Source: Takakia lepidozioides
Taxonomy: Eukaryota > Plantae > Bryophyta
Assembly: GCA_030704615.1 (NCBI GenBank)
Contig: CM060731.1
Span: forward strand, 48,112,001-48,176,000
DNA: 64,000 nucleotides
Direction of reading: 5' to 3'
Below the pieces are notes generated by a model. The model did no database searches and was not told where the DNA came from. It saw only the letters and a program-made list of their open reading frames with translations. A program made the translations under genes and the position numbers. Below, piece after piece: positions 37,086 through 51,000 of this stretch. The first letter of the stretch is position 1. Each line of letters begins with the position of its first letter.

Positions 37086-37659
37086 TCCGTTTTCGTTCTA
37101 ATTAACAGGAAGTTGTATGTATTGGCACAGAGGGTATGGAGTTGGCCTGCATTCTATTTGAGAAGAGGCACTTGATATGCAAGGAAGGGTTAGGCGAGTG
37201 GCGTCTGGTAAGCCTCTACCTGCACTTTATGGACAACGCAGAGTACTATTGGAAGCGTGAGCCGAGCTATTTGATGCACAATGACGACTTTTTGCGAACA
37301 ATTAGCGACATTTATCAGTTAAAGATTCCTTTCCATGAAATCAAGGGTGAATTGCTAAAATGGTGGGACTTGGGTTTGGAGATTGGGCCACTGCCCTGGG
37401 GTTATATTACCAATAAGGACATTGCCACGTCATTCCAAACTGGCTTGGAGCTGCAGATATACCCCGCGGCGCTCCTTGACAGTCTCCCTGCAATGATGTT
37501 GAACCTTGGGGATTGTTTAGCAGCCGTCTGCACATCAGGGGAGGTCTCCACATGATAGTGTTGATGCTATCCTTTCCCACTCTAAGAGTAAGGGATTTTG
37601 GTATCACTTGGGTCAATTATTTGCCAAAACAATCTCTTCTCTTACCACAGACATATTCT

Positions 37660-39238
37660 GACTGCTCTGTGAGTAGCATATTCCAGTAGCTATGATTAGT
37701 GAGCTCCTTGGACTCCTTATCTCTGGAGACAAATGTGGCTGCTTCCAATTGAAGCCTGGTGCAGTGCTGGTCTGACCCTGGAAGGAAGGGTTGATGAGAT
37801 GAGGTTTTGTAGGAGGTAGGATTCTTAACAGATTAAAACCTTTTGGAACAAAAGAAGGCCAGTGTGTGATGACAGATTTGAATTGAGACATTTTTGTTGC
37901 CATTTCGATTTTTATCTGTAAATGTGAATTGGTTAATACATTACTTATCACCACTTGCAGTCCTGGATTTCGACTTGACTCTGCAGGTGTTTGTGGGTTG
38001 TACAGTAATCATACATTATAGGGCTTCATTATCTTATGTGCATGGACTAGTTTTTGTGAAAGTTACTGGCCCTTATGGAAGTGGATACCACAGATGCACT
38101 ATTCAGCAGACCTTACCTACTTTTCCTAGGGTCGCTTATCCCCCAGTGGTCATGTTTTAGGCAACATGTTTTCATGAGGAGAACTACATCCCCATGATGT
38201 GTAAGGGTCATGATTCTTGGTTGCATAGATGATTCATGTAGCGGGTGCTAGTTGCCAACTGCTAGATTATAAGACACTGTGTCAGGCAGGGCACTTACAT
38301 ACTCTGGCTGCAGTGCAATAGGTATTGCTCTGCTGAAAAGGGAAAATGTGCTTTACATAAGTGCATGTATAAGTGAGTTGGGGTTGTGACAGAGCGATTT
38401 TACGCCGTGGGTCACCCAACCCTTAACTGGCTGAGTGCAGGCTGATTGAAATACCACAGCATAGGTGTCTGGCAAATATTAGCTGAGGAGCCTTGGCGGG
38501 ACTGCAGTGGGGAGGTTGGTCAGGTGCAATAGCAGCTGTGTACCCTCTACGTTCTGTTGCAACCACTGCTTGACAGGTGAAAATCAACCTCAAACAGCCC
38601 CAAAACCAGGGTCTGCAAGTCGGCGAATGTAACAGTCATCGTAATATCTCCGAGTGAACAAAGGAAACTATCTTGTCCAGCCTGTCCATGGACATGCAGG
38701 GTTTATCATAAACTCAGGTGAAAGTAGTAATTGAAGTCCTATACATTCCATATTCTCAAGAAACTGGTGGGAGAGCCCAGTGCTTGGAAACATCCTTAAG
38801 ACTTCGACCACTTTCTTTAATGTGTGTTTAAATGCTGGATCATGGCCTTGGCTCTGAATGTTAACAATCACACCAAGTTATTAACTCGTCTGTGGACCAA
38901 AAAGGTTCAAGTCCCAGGACAGGGCGTGGATGCAAAAGTCGCACAGTGGTGGTTTGCAGTGACAATATGTTTGCCACAAGCTGCTCCAAAAGGATGTCTG
39001 GCCCCAACTCAGGCAGCCAGTGGACAGAAAAGAGTGGCGTGTAAGAATCTGCCTGATAGGTGTTGATTGTTACTTTGACTTCTTTGCCGTGGTTCAACCT
39101 TCCTCCTCTTCAGATTCATCTTGCAATGCCAGTTCCTGTAGCTCTCTTTTGTCGACAAAACGATCCCCACCTCTTCATCTAGCACAATGCACTCAGAGTA
39201 CCTGCCAAACCATTCATACCATCGCTTTGCCACGTAAT
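37660..39238 (-). repeat. Right arm of inverted duplication; begins with the last PRS codons (DCSVSSIFQ*) on +
   Basis: Reverse complement of 30077-31747. Confidence 0.92.
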
Positions 39239-40379
39239 TATACACAGCATCTCGGATGGGTGCCTGGAAAACCATCAGGATCATTGGGGCTGAATAAGGT
39301 GGAGGCAGATAGGATGCCACCTAGCTGCCATGGAACACTCTGCAAATTAGAACACATTTCCCTATACTCTATGCTCTCTCTCGTCCTGGTCTGCCCCAGT
39401 GCCTGGCAGGTACAGCATCAGACACTGGCTCTATACAACGTTTAGTAGTTCTCCGATTTATGTGCTTCTACGGTTTATATTTCAGTGGGTATTTAAATTG
39501 TAATACTTACATCCCTTGGGACTCTCCTTGCAACCCATACTACACCATTTGTCTCTGCTTGTACCAAACTCAGACTCTCCATCTAAAGTAGGTGAGGTTG
39601 CATGAGGATCTGTATGTATGCAGGTGCAAGGGAGGGGGGCTAGAGAAAATGGGGGAGAGAAGATGAGGGTCTGTACCGTCACACCCTCACCATGCACCTG
39701 GCTTGTCACCGCAGAGGCACGTGGCACTACCATTGTTAGAGAGGTCGACACATGATGTTTAATTCCACAGAGAGCCTTGGTTAGTGGCTCATATAAAAGA
39801 ATCTATATTTCTTAACCAAATTTGGTGACTGGATGAGCCATGAAAGGCGTTGTGCAGCCTGGTCAAATGGACGTGCATCTGCAACAGCATGTCAGCCCAG
39901 TCGAAATCCTTGGCTATGTTCCAATTTCACCTTTTACAGGAGTGAATCACAATAGGGCCTCCAACAGATGCAAAACAGCGAAGAACGACAGATTGATAGA
40001 AGGGAGAGGGAGAGACAAGTCATTCTATAAGGTGGCTGAGAACTTCGCCACTTCCCCAAAATGTTAAGAAACTGTCTTTATGAACCATGGCTTCCTTTGC
40101 ATTGTTGCTGGGTGCATGTGGTCTCTGTCTCCTCACTCATGTCTCTGGTGTCCCCATGAAAATGGGGCTTTGTAAAAGATTGAGATTTACAGTGCGCCAA
40201 ACAGGCAAAGGGTTATGGTGGTCATCACAGGCAACATGGAAAGAGATTATATGTATAATGTTGCACAGATTGTCCTGCAATGTCCTTTAACTTTCTCTCG
40301 CATGCTTGTGACTATCCTGTCTGATGTCTGGGTGATGTCTGGGTCCTCCATGAGTCAGTGCAAAAGTATTGAGTGATGG

Positions 40380-40700
40380 GTCCCTCTCTGCCTATTTTGC
40401 TGCTACACTGGTCGTCAGACCTGTGCAATGCAAGAAATTGAAGATCATGAACCATGGCTACCCAAATATTCTCTACTGGGGTTTCTAACTGCAAAGGAGA
40501 GGAGTGGAGCATCCATATCTTGGGAGTCAGTGCATCAGTATTGAGTGATGTGAGTTTTGGTGCATGAAAAACTTCCCTCTCGCCTCATTTGCTGCTACAC
40601 TGGTCTTCACACCTGTGCAATGCAAGAAAATATGAAGATAATGAACCATGGCTACCATATTCTCTGCTGGGGTCTAACTGCAAAGGAGAAGAGTGGAGCA
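40380..40700. repeat. ~190-bp-spaced direct duplication
   Basis: TTTGCTGCTACACTGGTC..GGAGTGGAGCA present at ~40396-40511 and ~40588-40700. Confidence 0.75.
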
Positions 40701-42063
40701 CGCAATTGGTAGTGTAGGGACTTTTCCCTGGTTGAAATGACCCAGCTCCAGCAAGCCCCAAACTTTCGCAATGCAGCAAGATGTTATTTGGCTACAGAGT
40801 AGATGTTCATCAGCACCCTGGTCTGTGTATCAGGTGAGGACCGCTGTTTGGGTATTTTTTGGAGCACCATTGCTTCGCTAAACTTGGCTGGTGGCTAACA
40901 GAGGTTTACAGTTTAGAGGGAGCAGCCAAGCTGTTCCACTAGTACATGATGGTTTCAACTGTAGTAAAGAATATATGGAACTGGCAAATTTTCAACACAT
41001 TCATATCATTCTGTGCGGGCGTGAAGGGGAGAGAGACCCAACAGGCATGTGGAGACGCAGGGGAACTAGAACTCAGACTTCACAGAACACCTTCAAGGTC
41101 ACCTAATACTGTACAAAATCCTTTCTGGTTTTTCAGTCGTATTGCTCATGTTGACATCACTTCAATGTTTTAGCAACAGCATCAAATGTACCCCCATACG
41201 ATCCCAACTGGATGCGGCATCAATCTTATCAACTACTTTCTGCAAGGAAAAAACTGAAGGCGGTGGTCTAAGTAGAACAGCCGCCAATGAAACTGCCACA
41301 CTAAATCCCCTGTTCTCAGACCGTTTCCAAGACAGTTTCTCCACCTCAACACCTCAGCGAATCCTTCCACTGCCCGAGCTTCGTGTGACTGGTGCGCGGA
41401 AGCTCTGATTGACAGATCTAAATTTGAGCTGCGACAAACATGTTCACAGAACTGTAGCTCCAAGGATTTTACCAGCACTGCTGTCCTGCCGGGATGCTGT
41501 TGGTGTGCCTTCCCTTTCCTGTCCTTTACTCATAGCGCCACTTGCAAAGCTCCCAAAGGTCGACACGTTGCTTTGCCTTCATGGTCCTCTCATCGCATGC
41601 CTCCACGTGCGAGTAATCTGACCGTTCGATGCTCATGGTAGAAGATCTGAACCGTCTTCTGAGAAAGACGAGAAATTTATGATAGTGCAAGTCTAGCAGT
41701 CTGCTTCACCCTCATGCATTGTCTCGTGACTGTACTCCGCTTTCCTGCACCTGAAGGCTAGACTGTACATTCTTCACCGCTTTTTGTTGTGTAGCTTTCT
41801 CAGATTGGGTTTGTGGAGGCTGTTATCCCTGGTTTATCGAAGTTCTTCACACTGTTCCCCATTTCCACCATTCTCAGTCATCTATTTGCGTGTAGTGTAT
41901 TATACTCTCGGCCTGCTACTCTTACGTGTGATGATTTCCCCATGGGTCAGATCGATCTCCTGCTCAAGTAGGTTCAGACATCGCAACAAGCCCATGTTTT
42001 TTTTTCATCGCGTAGTCACTCACTGAACTTTTCAGCTCCATCTAATTTGACAACGGATCCAAA

Positions 42064-45000
42064 ATGGCATCAGTCCCTATGGTGGAAGGCACAAGTCCAA
42101 AATCGACGATAGATCGGGGAGACAATGCACGTGAAGCTCTCCAGCAAGGTTCCAATCCAGTTTCTCACACAGGGTACTGAAGCTGATGGAGCGGACCAGC
42201 AACCCAAAGTTGCAAACAAGCAGCAACCTAATGGGCTGGGAACTTCTCACCCAGCTCCCAAACCAAAGGATCAATCTACAGGAGAGCTCAAGAAATCCAT
42301 CTCCGAGAAATCATCAAATGCAACAGAAGGCATGGAGAAGGAAGGGAATAACGAGACATCACTGCAATCAAATGTAGGACTTGCCAAGAAGATGCTCGAC
42401 AATCCGCGCATTCGGCTGCCCATTGCAGTGACTGCAGCTGTGGTCCCCTTACTGCTGATGGGTATGCTGTATATAAGCTCGCTGTCCTTCAAAAGCCAGT
42501 TTATCGTGGGCATCACCCTGGGCTTTACCGCCATGTTCTCATTCCAGCTCATAAGCTGCTATCGCTCTGACTTGCGCATGCACAAGGTGGGGTCCCTCTC
42601 TAATTCTATCCATCACAAACAGTTGTGCAGTAAAGAATGTATAGCTTCCCCTTCTCCAACGAAGGAGGTTCTTTCACATCATTTGTATCTTTTCATTGCA
42701 GTAGAGAAAATTGACATGGAGCCTGGTGTATGCAGGTGGTGTCCGTTGCACAAATGTCACAATTGAATGCGAATGCATTGAGAATTCTTCTTCCCAATTC
42801 TGAGTCTTTTCCCAGATGGGCCGTTTTTACTGACTTTGAAAAGGTGAACTCCATATCTTTATTCCTTTCAAGGGTCCTTACTTTGGGCCTAATTTGCTTA
42901 AGACAGTCTACGGCATCTGTTAAGAGTGCCTGTGAGTTGATTATCTTTATGCATCTGCCAGTCAATCAAATTACAAGGCTTATAGCCATGAATGGACCAC
43001 ATGATTTCACCCACCATCAAACAAAGTTTACTTGTGATTCTCCACGATAGAGATACTCTTTAGATTTTGGGTTTGATTTGTGATGAACGTGTAGAATCTG
43101 AAGCAACTTGCTCAAACCAACCTTGGTAATAGTCTCATGTAGATAGTGCAGCCCTATACCCATGAGTGTGACACTTGAGGTAGATCTGGTGTACTGAGAT
43201 AAGAGTGATGTGATGGGTCCTTCTGATGAACTTGGTGAGCATGATAATCGTCACTTCATCAACTGACCCATGGTCTCAGTTTTATCCGCAGTATGGTTTT
43301 GGTGATCTTGACCTTAAAAAAATTTAGTGTTACTCAACATTGTACTCAAAAAACTTTGTTAATAGGCTCCTGGTGTATGAGGGTATGTGTGCAATAAGCT
43401 TGTGAAATTAATCAACATTTAGCCAGGAATTAAAGCTAAGCAGATATGTTGACATTAAGGTTGTCTTCTGTGTGGTATTCAGCAACTGATGTTGGGGATG
43501 CGTGATGCAGATGGAGTGGCTGAACAGGGAAATAAATAAAATGTGGGTAGTCCTTGAGGAGGTGAGCTGGTGGACCTTTAATCTTACTCTCCAAAGTTGT
43601 GACCTGGCATCAATGGGCTAAAAAGGAGAGGGATAGGGAGGGAGTGTACTCATAAGACAGACGTTTGCTGTAGCCTTTTGGCTATAAACCCCATGCACAG
43701 TTTCGGCAGAACAAGAGGGGACAGACACTACCTTTGTGAGGGGCTCACTCCAGTCGTGGGACTTACCTTAATATAAACAATTAGTTTGGGTTTTCCAGAT
43801 TTCCTCTAAGGTGAGAGAGAGCCATGAAGAAGTATTAGTTGCCGTTCACTTCCATGAACTTACAGAGGTGCAGCTTTGGGCATCTAGTATGCAGGATATA
43901 ACCCCTCCCAGTCAGGTGTGATTCTCAGTATCAATGAATAGCCCGACCATCTCCGTTTTCAATTGTGAAGTTTACTACTCGGTATCCACAGCCATTTATT
44001 TGTATGTGAGAGAGATAGATCAAGTTTTGAGACCAAATCACACTAATTAGGTCCTGAGAAATTCAGCTTTGAGGAAGTTTTGTGATGCTGAAGCTTTGGT
44101 GCTGAACAGGCGGCATCAAAAATGATAATGGATACTTTGCAGCCAGTCCTGGACCAATATGCCGTTGGTGTCATTCATAAGTTAATTATCAAAACTGTCA
44201 AACTTGGAGTCCGAGCCCCTCGAGTTCTCGGTCTGTGCACCTACCCTTGCTTTCAGGTTTTAAGTATGTGTCTCTGCTTTCTGGCTTTCTCTTCTGAATG
44301 TGAAAATATTCTCCTCCTCTTATCTCACTATTGGGTATGAGAGAGATTTGGCACTTCCATACTGCAATTCTCACCCAACCAGCTTGCCATTGCCTCTGTT
44401 ACTGTGCGCTATAAATGTTGCATTTTTTCAATGCTGGGGTTTTTGCCTGAGTAGGGTGATAACCATCTGTCTTAATCTATCTTGAATGGTGGAAATTGAT
44501 TTTGTGTAAACACTCTGAATGCATCAGAATTCCTCTTGGCCCACTCCAATGAAGGGCATGCGATTTAGTCAAGACTCAAACAGTGAGGAGATGTGCAATT
44601 GGGGGGTGTCAGGAATTAGGGTAACTGAAGGTGATGAAGATGAGTGTGTATTGGAGGTACACATTGGATGGGAAACTGAGAAGGAATCCTTGGTTTTCAA
44701 AGTCAATACGACTGGTCCTGACTTTAAAGTTGCGGTGGGTGTTGATTCCGCCCTCTCTTTTTTCTTTTTCTTGATTTGCTTTCTCCCCTTCTCCTTTGTG
44801 AGGACCTCTCTCCTGCACCACCTCAAATATTTCCTTTCGTTCTAACACTCTCACTCTTTTTCTAACAGTTTCATTTCATTTCTAACACTCTCACATTTCG
44901 GACAGCTATTGCAGTTTCAAACTCAGATAAGTCACCCAAATTGGATGATCTTCCTTCATATGGTAATGCAGTTGGCATAAAGCTTCCCTGACCTTGTTTC

Positions 45001-48000
45001 CAGTTTGTGACGTGGTGGTCCTTAAGGATGATCGGAAGGACTTACCTACCCTCGAAATTTACACTCAGGGCGGGGAGTACCTTGACCAATAAACAGGTGA
45101 AGAGAGGAAAGGAGATTGTTAAGATGGGCGGACGGCCTCAAGAAAATATCCATTTTCTGATATAGTGTTTAGTGCAGAGGATATCACAAGTGCTGATTTG
45201 AATCAGCCTGTTCCAGCAGGTTCACGTATATGAAATGTTTGTGTGCTCACAGGTGAAAAATTGGCGCGTGAATGGAGTAGGAAAGGTGGTCTTCAAGCCT
45301 CTGACACCGCAGATCCCAGGCTTTGGCGCAATTCTTGCTTCGATGAGTGAACCGGTGTGGTAACTTCTCTCTCATATGTCCTTTGTTAACTGTAGTTTGC
45401 ACGAGTAGTAGTTTACATGGGTTGGCGGATTCAATCACTTTGATGGATGTTTATGAGGTACTATGCTGGTCCTTTGGAGTGGTTCTGGAGCTGGTCTGAG
45501 CTCACAGCCGCCATACCCTGAAGCCAATGATAGTCATGTGACAAGGCTCGGAAAGATAATGTAAGGTCTGGCGCTCAAATTGTTCCTGAAAGCAAGATTG
45601 AGTCCAACACTTCTGTAGCCCTCTGCCTCCATACAGGCATGACTCATGTGGGTATGGTGCTGCTGCCAGTCACACCACAGGAGACAAGTTAGATTGTACT
45701 CATAAGACGTTGTTTGCCATAGCCTTGTGGCCATTGACTCCGCGCCCCAGTTTGAGCGGAAACAAAAGGGACAGAACCTACCTCTGTCAGGGGCTGACGT
45801 TGGTAGTAAGACTTACCTTCATATATAGAATTAATCCGGGTTTTCCAGATATCCTCTAGAAATCCCTTCACACAAGCATCAATCTGCTTTGTGTGATTTG
45901 CCCAAAAACTAGCCTCAGGAGGGCCTGGGCTTTTGGCTCAGCCTCGAGACTTTCAAAGTTGGTAAACAGAGGTAGAGGCACAATTCCCTTGATAGATTTG
46001 AAGGGAGTGTCTCTTTGGTGAGAGAACCCCGGACAGTGTATCAGGAAATCAATACTGTCTTCAGATTGCCCACACAACGGGCAATTGCACTCTCCCTTTT
46101 CTCTCTGCTTCTGTTTGCTGTTCAAAGGTAGGCTTCCTGCCCTGAGTTTAAATTTCAGTCTAGTGCCGAGAGTGGGTAGACCCTTGAGGTCATCCAAGAT
46201 GTCCTCCCCCATGTCACTGACTGGAAACAAGTTCAGGGAAGTTTTCTGCCTAACTTCATTTTCATCAGACAATCTCATGGCAACAGACATGGCTTTGGAC
46301 ACTACAGCCTCAAAGTCAGATTTATCCAGCAGGGTCAAGACTTGCGGTTCCAGGTCCAGGTCCTTGAGAATCTCTTCTACTCTCTTCTGCCAGGACTTAG
46401 CCTGTTTGACAGGGCGGTCCTGTTTCCAAGATATAGAGTCGATTAACTTAGGATATCTGGTGTTGGACATATGTTGCAGCTGACCCCACCATCTGACCTT
46501 GAATTCACCTCGTCGGGAGCTTAAGGACGGAATGCCAAACTCACCCCGAACAGCCACATTGGCTGTTTTGGAGCATGCTGGCATACACTCCTTAAGCACC
46601 CCCACTTGAATGGATTCTAGAGACAGCCTGGTTGGAGTTATCAACCCATATTGCAGATCCGTACTCCAAGGCAGGTCTAATAACGCGACAAAGCATGGTT
46701 TTCTTAACCTCAGTGTTGACCCCTCTGCAGTGGAAAAATTTAGTGAGCCCCAGAGCTTTGCCCTTGCCAGTTTGAACAACTTTCCGGATATGTGCATCCC
46801 AATTAAATTGGAGGAAAACTCAACGCCCAGGTAAGTGTAGGAAAGGGAGGACCGATCTCTTGGCTACCCCACTGCCACTTAAGATCACTTCCTCCCTCTC
46901 CTCTGTCGTTGAATGCTACCACTGCACATTTGCTGACATTACTCTAGCCCCCAAATCAAAGTATCTCTTCGCGCAATCAATCAACTCCTGGAGATTGGTT
47001 GGAGGCTCCCCTATGCCTGCAAAGTCATCCGCAAACATAAGGGCTGGTATGGTGGTATCACCCACCCTTAACCCAAATCCCTCACTTTCCACATCCTCAG
47101 GAGTTGATTGATGAAAACATTGAAGAGCAGAGGGGAGAGAGTACATCCTTGAACTACACCTTGGTCTATGTCAAAGAAGTTGGACGTCTGTCCGTTAACA
47201 GTGACACAGCTTTTGGTGTGAGCGTACAAGTTGTGGACAACTCTCCACATCTTTCCTTGATCCCACAGACCAGAGGCGGAACCATAGGCCATCTCTCCAC
47301 ACTGTGTCATAAGCCTTTTTGACATCCAGGAAAAAGACATAATGGGTTTCAGAGGCGGAACCATAGGGCCTTCTTTTTCCTTCCCTGGATAATCTGGCTT
47401 AGAGTGAAGATATGATCCACACAGCCCCTGTTTCGCCGAAAGCCAGTTTGACCTTCGTGGAAACAACCTCTAGACTCCAGATCAGCCTCAAGACAAGTAC
47501 TTATAACTCTGCAGAATGTCTTGCCAACAGCATTGAGGAGCGTGATGCCACGGTAGTTCCCCGGTTCTTGTCTGTCACCCTTCTTGTATAGATTGACAAT
47601 GACCCCTGTCGCCAGCGAAAGGGGATCATTTCAGTCTTCCAGATAAGGTTAAAGAGGAGAACTAGGGCCTCTATCATGGGATCGCCACCGTGCTTGATGA
47701 GCTCGTTGACAATACCATCAGGTCCACCAGCTTTATATCCATTTAAATGTTCAATTGCTTCCACAATCTCAGAAGAACTAATGGGAGCGTTATAAGCCAT
47801 TGAAATATACTCCAGTTCATCAGGGCTGTTTTGAATGATAGGAACAGTTTTTCCAACTGTGTCCCTCCATTCAGCAGAAGCCCCCTCACTGTTAGACCTA
47901 GCTGCCAAGGATACTGTAGTGAGTTTCAAAGGTTTTGACAATGTCAACCGATGAAGTCACCACTGCACCTTTAGTAGTCTTCAGCGCTTTTACTTGCTGA

Positions 48001-51000
48001 CCGTTTTTTCGGCTTGTACAAACTTTGAAGGGCCAACCAGAATTTCTTGTCATTACCACCGTGGTGGTTTGAGTTTATTTCACTGTATAACTTGTCCCAG
48101 TATAATTTCTTCTGAGACCTAACAAGCTGATTGATATCTTTACGGAGCTGGTAGTACCTCGCCCACAATTCTCTGTTGGTTTTCAAATTGCAGCACTCTT
48201 TATAGAGGGCTCGTCCCTCAGCTATCGTGAGTTTAATCTCATTGGTCCACCAATTAACAGCTCTACCGCAGACAATTAGTTTCCTCCCAATGATCTTGTC
48301 AGCCACAGAGAAAACAAAACTCTCCCAAGAGTCCACTGCTCTTTCGACTTCATTTCTTGCGTTGTCAGAGCGAGACTGAAGTTCTTGGAGCGATTGGACA
48401 AAATGAGGGAGAGCCTCTTGCAAGGCCTGGACATACTCAGCCTTGACCTCCTCATTATGGAATTTTTCTATGTGCCACTTCCAAATCGAACGGTTCACAG
48501 ATCTCTTGGTGTTGGGAAAACACCTTTTGATCTCAGTCCAAACCAGGAAGTGGTCAGAGGTACCAATATCAGTTCTGTCGATCAACACATTGGCACACTG
48601 GGGAAACAAATTTTTGTCCATTATGATATAGTCCACAATGGAACGTCCCCAGTTTGGGATTTCTCACGAGTCCATTGCACTTGGTCACCTCTTGTCCTGT
48701 TATTCAAGGTCAAAAGCTGAAGCTCTTCCAAACAGTTAATTAACCGTCTGCCATTAGAATTCAGCTCGTCCTCACCAAAAGGCCCAATGATATCGTCCTG
48801 ATGGAGACCTTTGCCCACCCGGGCATTGAAGTCACCCAATAGAACCACCTGACCTTTGGCAAGGAACGAAGCACAGTCCAGCTTTACATCTTGCATGGTC
48901 AACGTCCCTGGTGAATTCTCAGCCGAGATCCACAGCAACATTGGAGTCAAACAGGGCTGCCCCCTTTCACCTACCCTGTTCGGGATCTACATTGACGCCT
49001 TGGAGAATTACATATCAAAAAACCATGGGGTTGGGGTCCCATTGGATGGGGGACCAACCCAATCAGATCTCCTCTATGCTGATGATGTTGCCCTTTTGGC
49101 ACAATCCCCGGTCTTTCTGCAACGCCATCTCAAAATTTTGGAACAGTTCTGCAAAGACTATGGGATGCAGGTCAATCTTAGCAAGACCAAGATCATGGTC
49201 TTCAATGGCCAGGCTGATCGTAGATTCATCTTCAACCAGCAGGAAATTGAGATTGTGAAATCATACCGGTACCTAGGTCTGGTTATCCACTCCCCCAAGT
49301 TTCACTTTGCAGCCACTGCTTGGACAGGTTGACTAAAGGTAAGGCGGCCTCTGTCCGCCTTCAGGCCAAATGCAAGCAAATACATCTGCGGCATCCCCCG
49401 ACCAAAAAGTGGCTGTTTGATTCGGAGAGAGCTTATGGAATTACATGTCAAGAGAACTTGGATGCTACCCAATCTCACGACAAAGCTCCACTTCTATCGA
49501 GAGACATTCTTGGTGCTCCGCGATGATAGAATCTTGAGACCAAATTACCTTTCAGCACCCTTATCTCCTTCCCTCTTGAGGGCATTGGGGCGGTTCAGGG
49601 TGGGTTCCCACAACCTACGGATAGAGACTGGCAGATGGGAAAACCTGCAACGGGAGGACCGCCTATGTCCAGCTTGCATAGGGCGCAGCAAGGAAATTGA
49701 AACTGAAGAACACTTCTTCTTCTACTGCCCTCTATACTACGAGATCCGTGGGAGATTCCACTGTTTATTCAGTGGAACCCAAACTCTCACTGATGTCTTT
49801 CACTATGAGGATCAAAAATGCTTGGCAGCCTACCTACACGAGGCCTTCACCCTTAGACAATCGCTAGAACATTAATTGTGGTTTCTGGATTTGTTCCTCT
49901 CTCATGTTTTCTTCCATTTTGTCCCATAAGCTCTACGAGCTTTCCGCGGACGTTATAAAGCACCATTTCATTTCATTTCATTTCATCTTCGAAGGCTTTG
50001 TCTGCGTCAACACTAAGGGTCCCCTCTGTGGGCATGTATACACAACCCACAAAGAGGTCCTTCGTATTCGCGCCCTTCAGATTCAGTTTTAGCCAGATAC
50101 TATGCTCATACCTCAAACCCTTGTTGATAATTTCACAATTATCAAACAAGAAATCGCGGACAAAGTATCCAACCCCTTTTTGGCCGTGTTTGGCAGAGGC
50201 TGCCTTGAGAGTACACATCTTACCCGTCCACTTATACCATTGACATCTCCAACCAATTTATCCAGAGTTTCCCATGTCTCCTGACCAGCACAAATATGAA
50301 TGTTATTGGCCTGAAGAACTTGTGCCGCTTCGAGTTGCTTCCTTTGGTTAGTCAGGTTGTGACGGGCTGTGAGGGGCTGTGACGGGCTATGAGGGGCTGT
50401 GACAATTGAAAGTACCCAGCCGCAAGCCAGCTCTTTGCATATGAATTGTTTGTTGTCTAGGTAGCTTGTGATTGCTCCTGGACGGCCAACCGTTCTGCAA
50501 AGGGGGGACAGTTACCCCGTGTGTAGATTTTGCTCGTCTTGTGTAAACTTTGAGAATTGGTAAACCATTCAGGGTACCAAATCCTTCAGTTACACGACGT
50601 ACAGGCTCCGCACACTTCGGGACAGATTGTCCGTCTGACTGCTTGGGGACAATTACCCCGTGTATAGATTTTGCTCGTCTTGTGTAGACTTTGAGGATTG
50701 GTAAACCATTCAGAGTACCAAATCCTTCAGTTACACGACGTTCAGGCTCTGCACACTTAGGGACAGAGTGTCCATCTGACGGCTTGGGGACAATTACCCC
50801 GTGTATAGAATTTACTCGTCTTGTGTAAACCTTGAGGATTGGTAAACCATTCAGAGTACCAAATCCTTCAGATTCAGTTAGGGGCATCTTGTCCTTCTGG
50901 CTGTTTGGATTCAACCTCATCCAGAGCATCAAACCGATTAGAAACTCTCAAGTTGAAGTCCTTGCCCTTGGTTGTCTTCCTAGAGCGCCCCATTGAATCA

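Noticed and set aside
40800-41650. Possible PPR (PLS/E-type) pseudogene on the minus strand
   Set aside because: Only vague motif echoes across several frames; not supportable without an HMM search.
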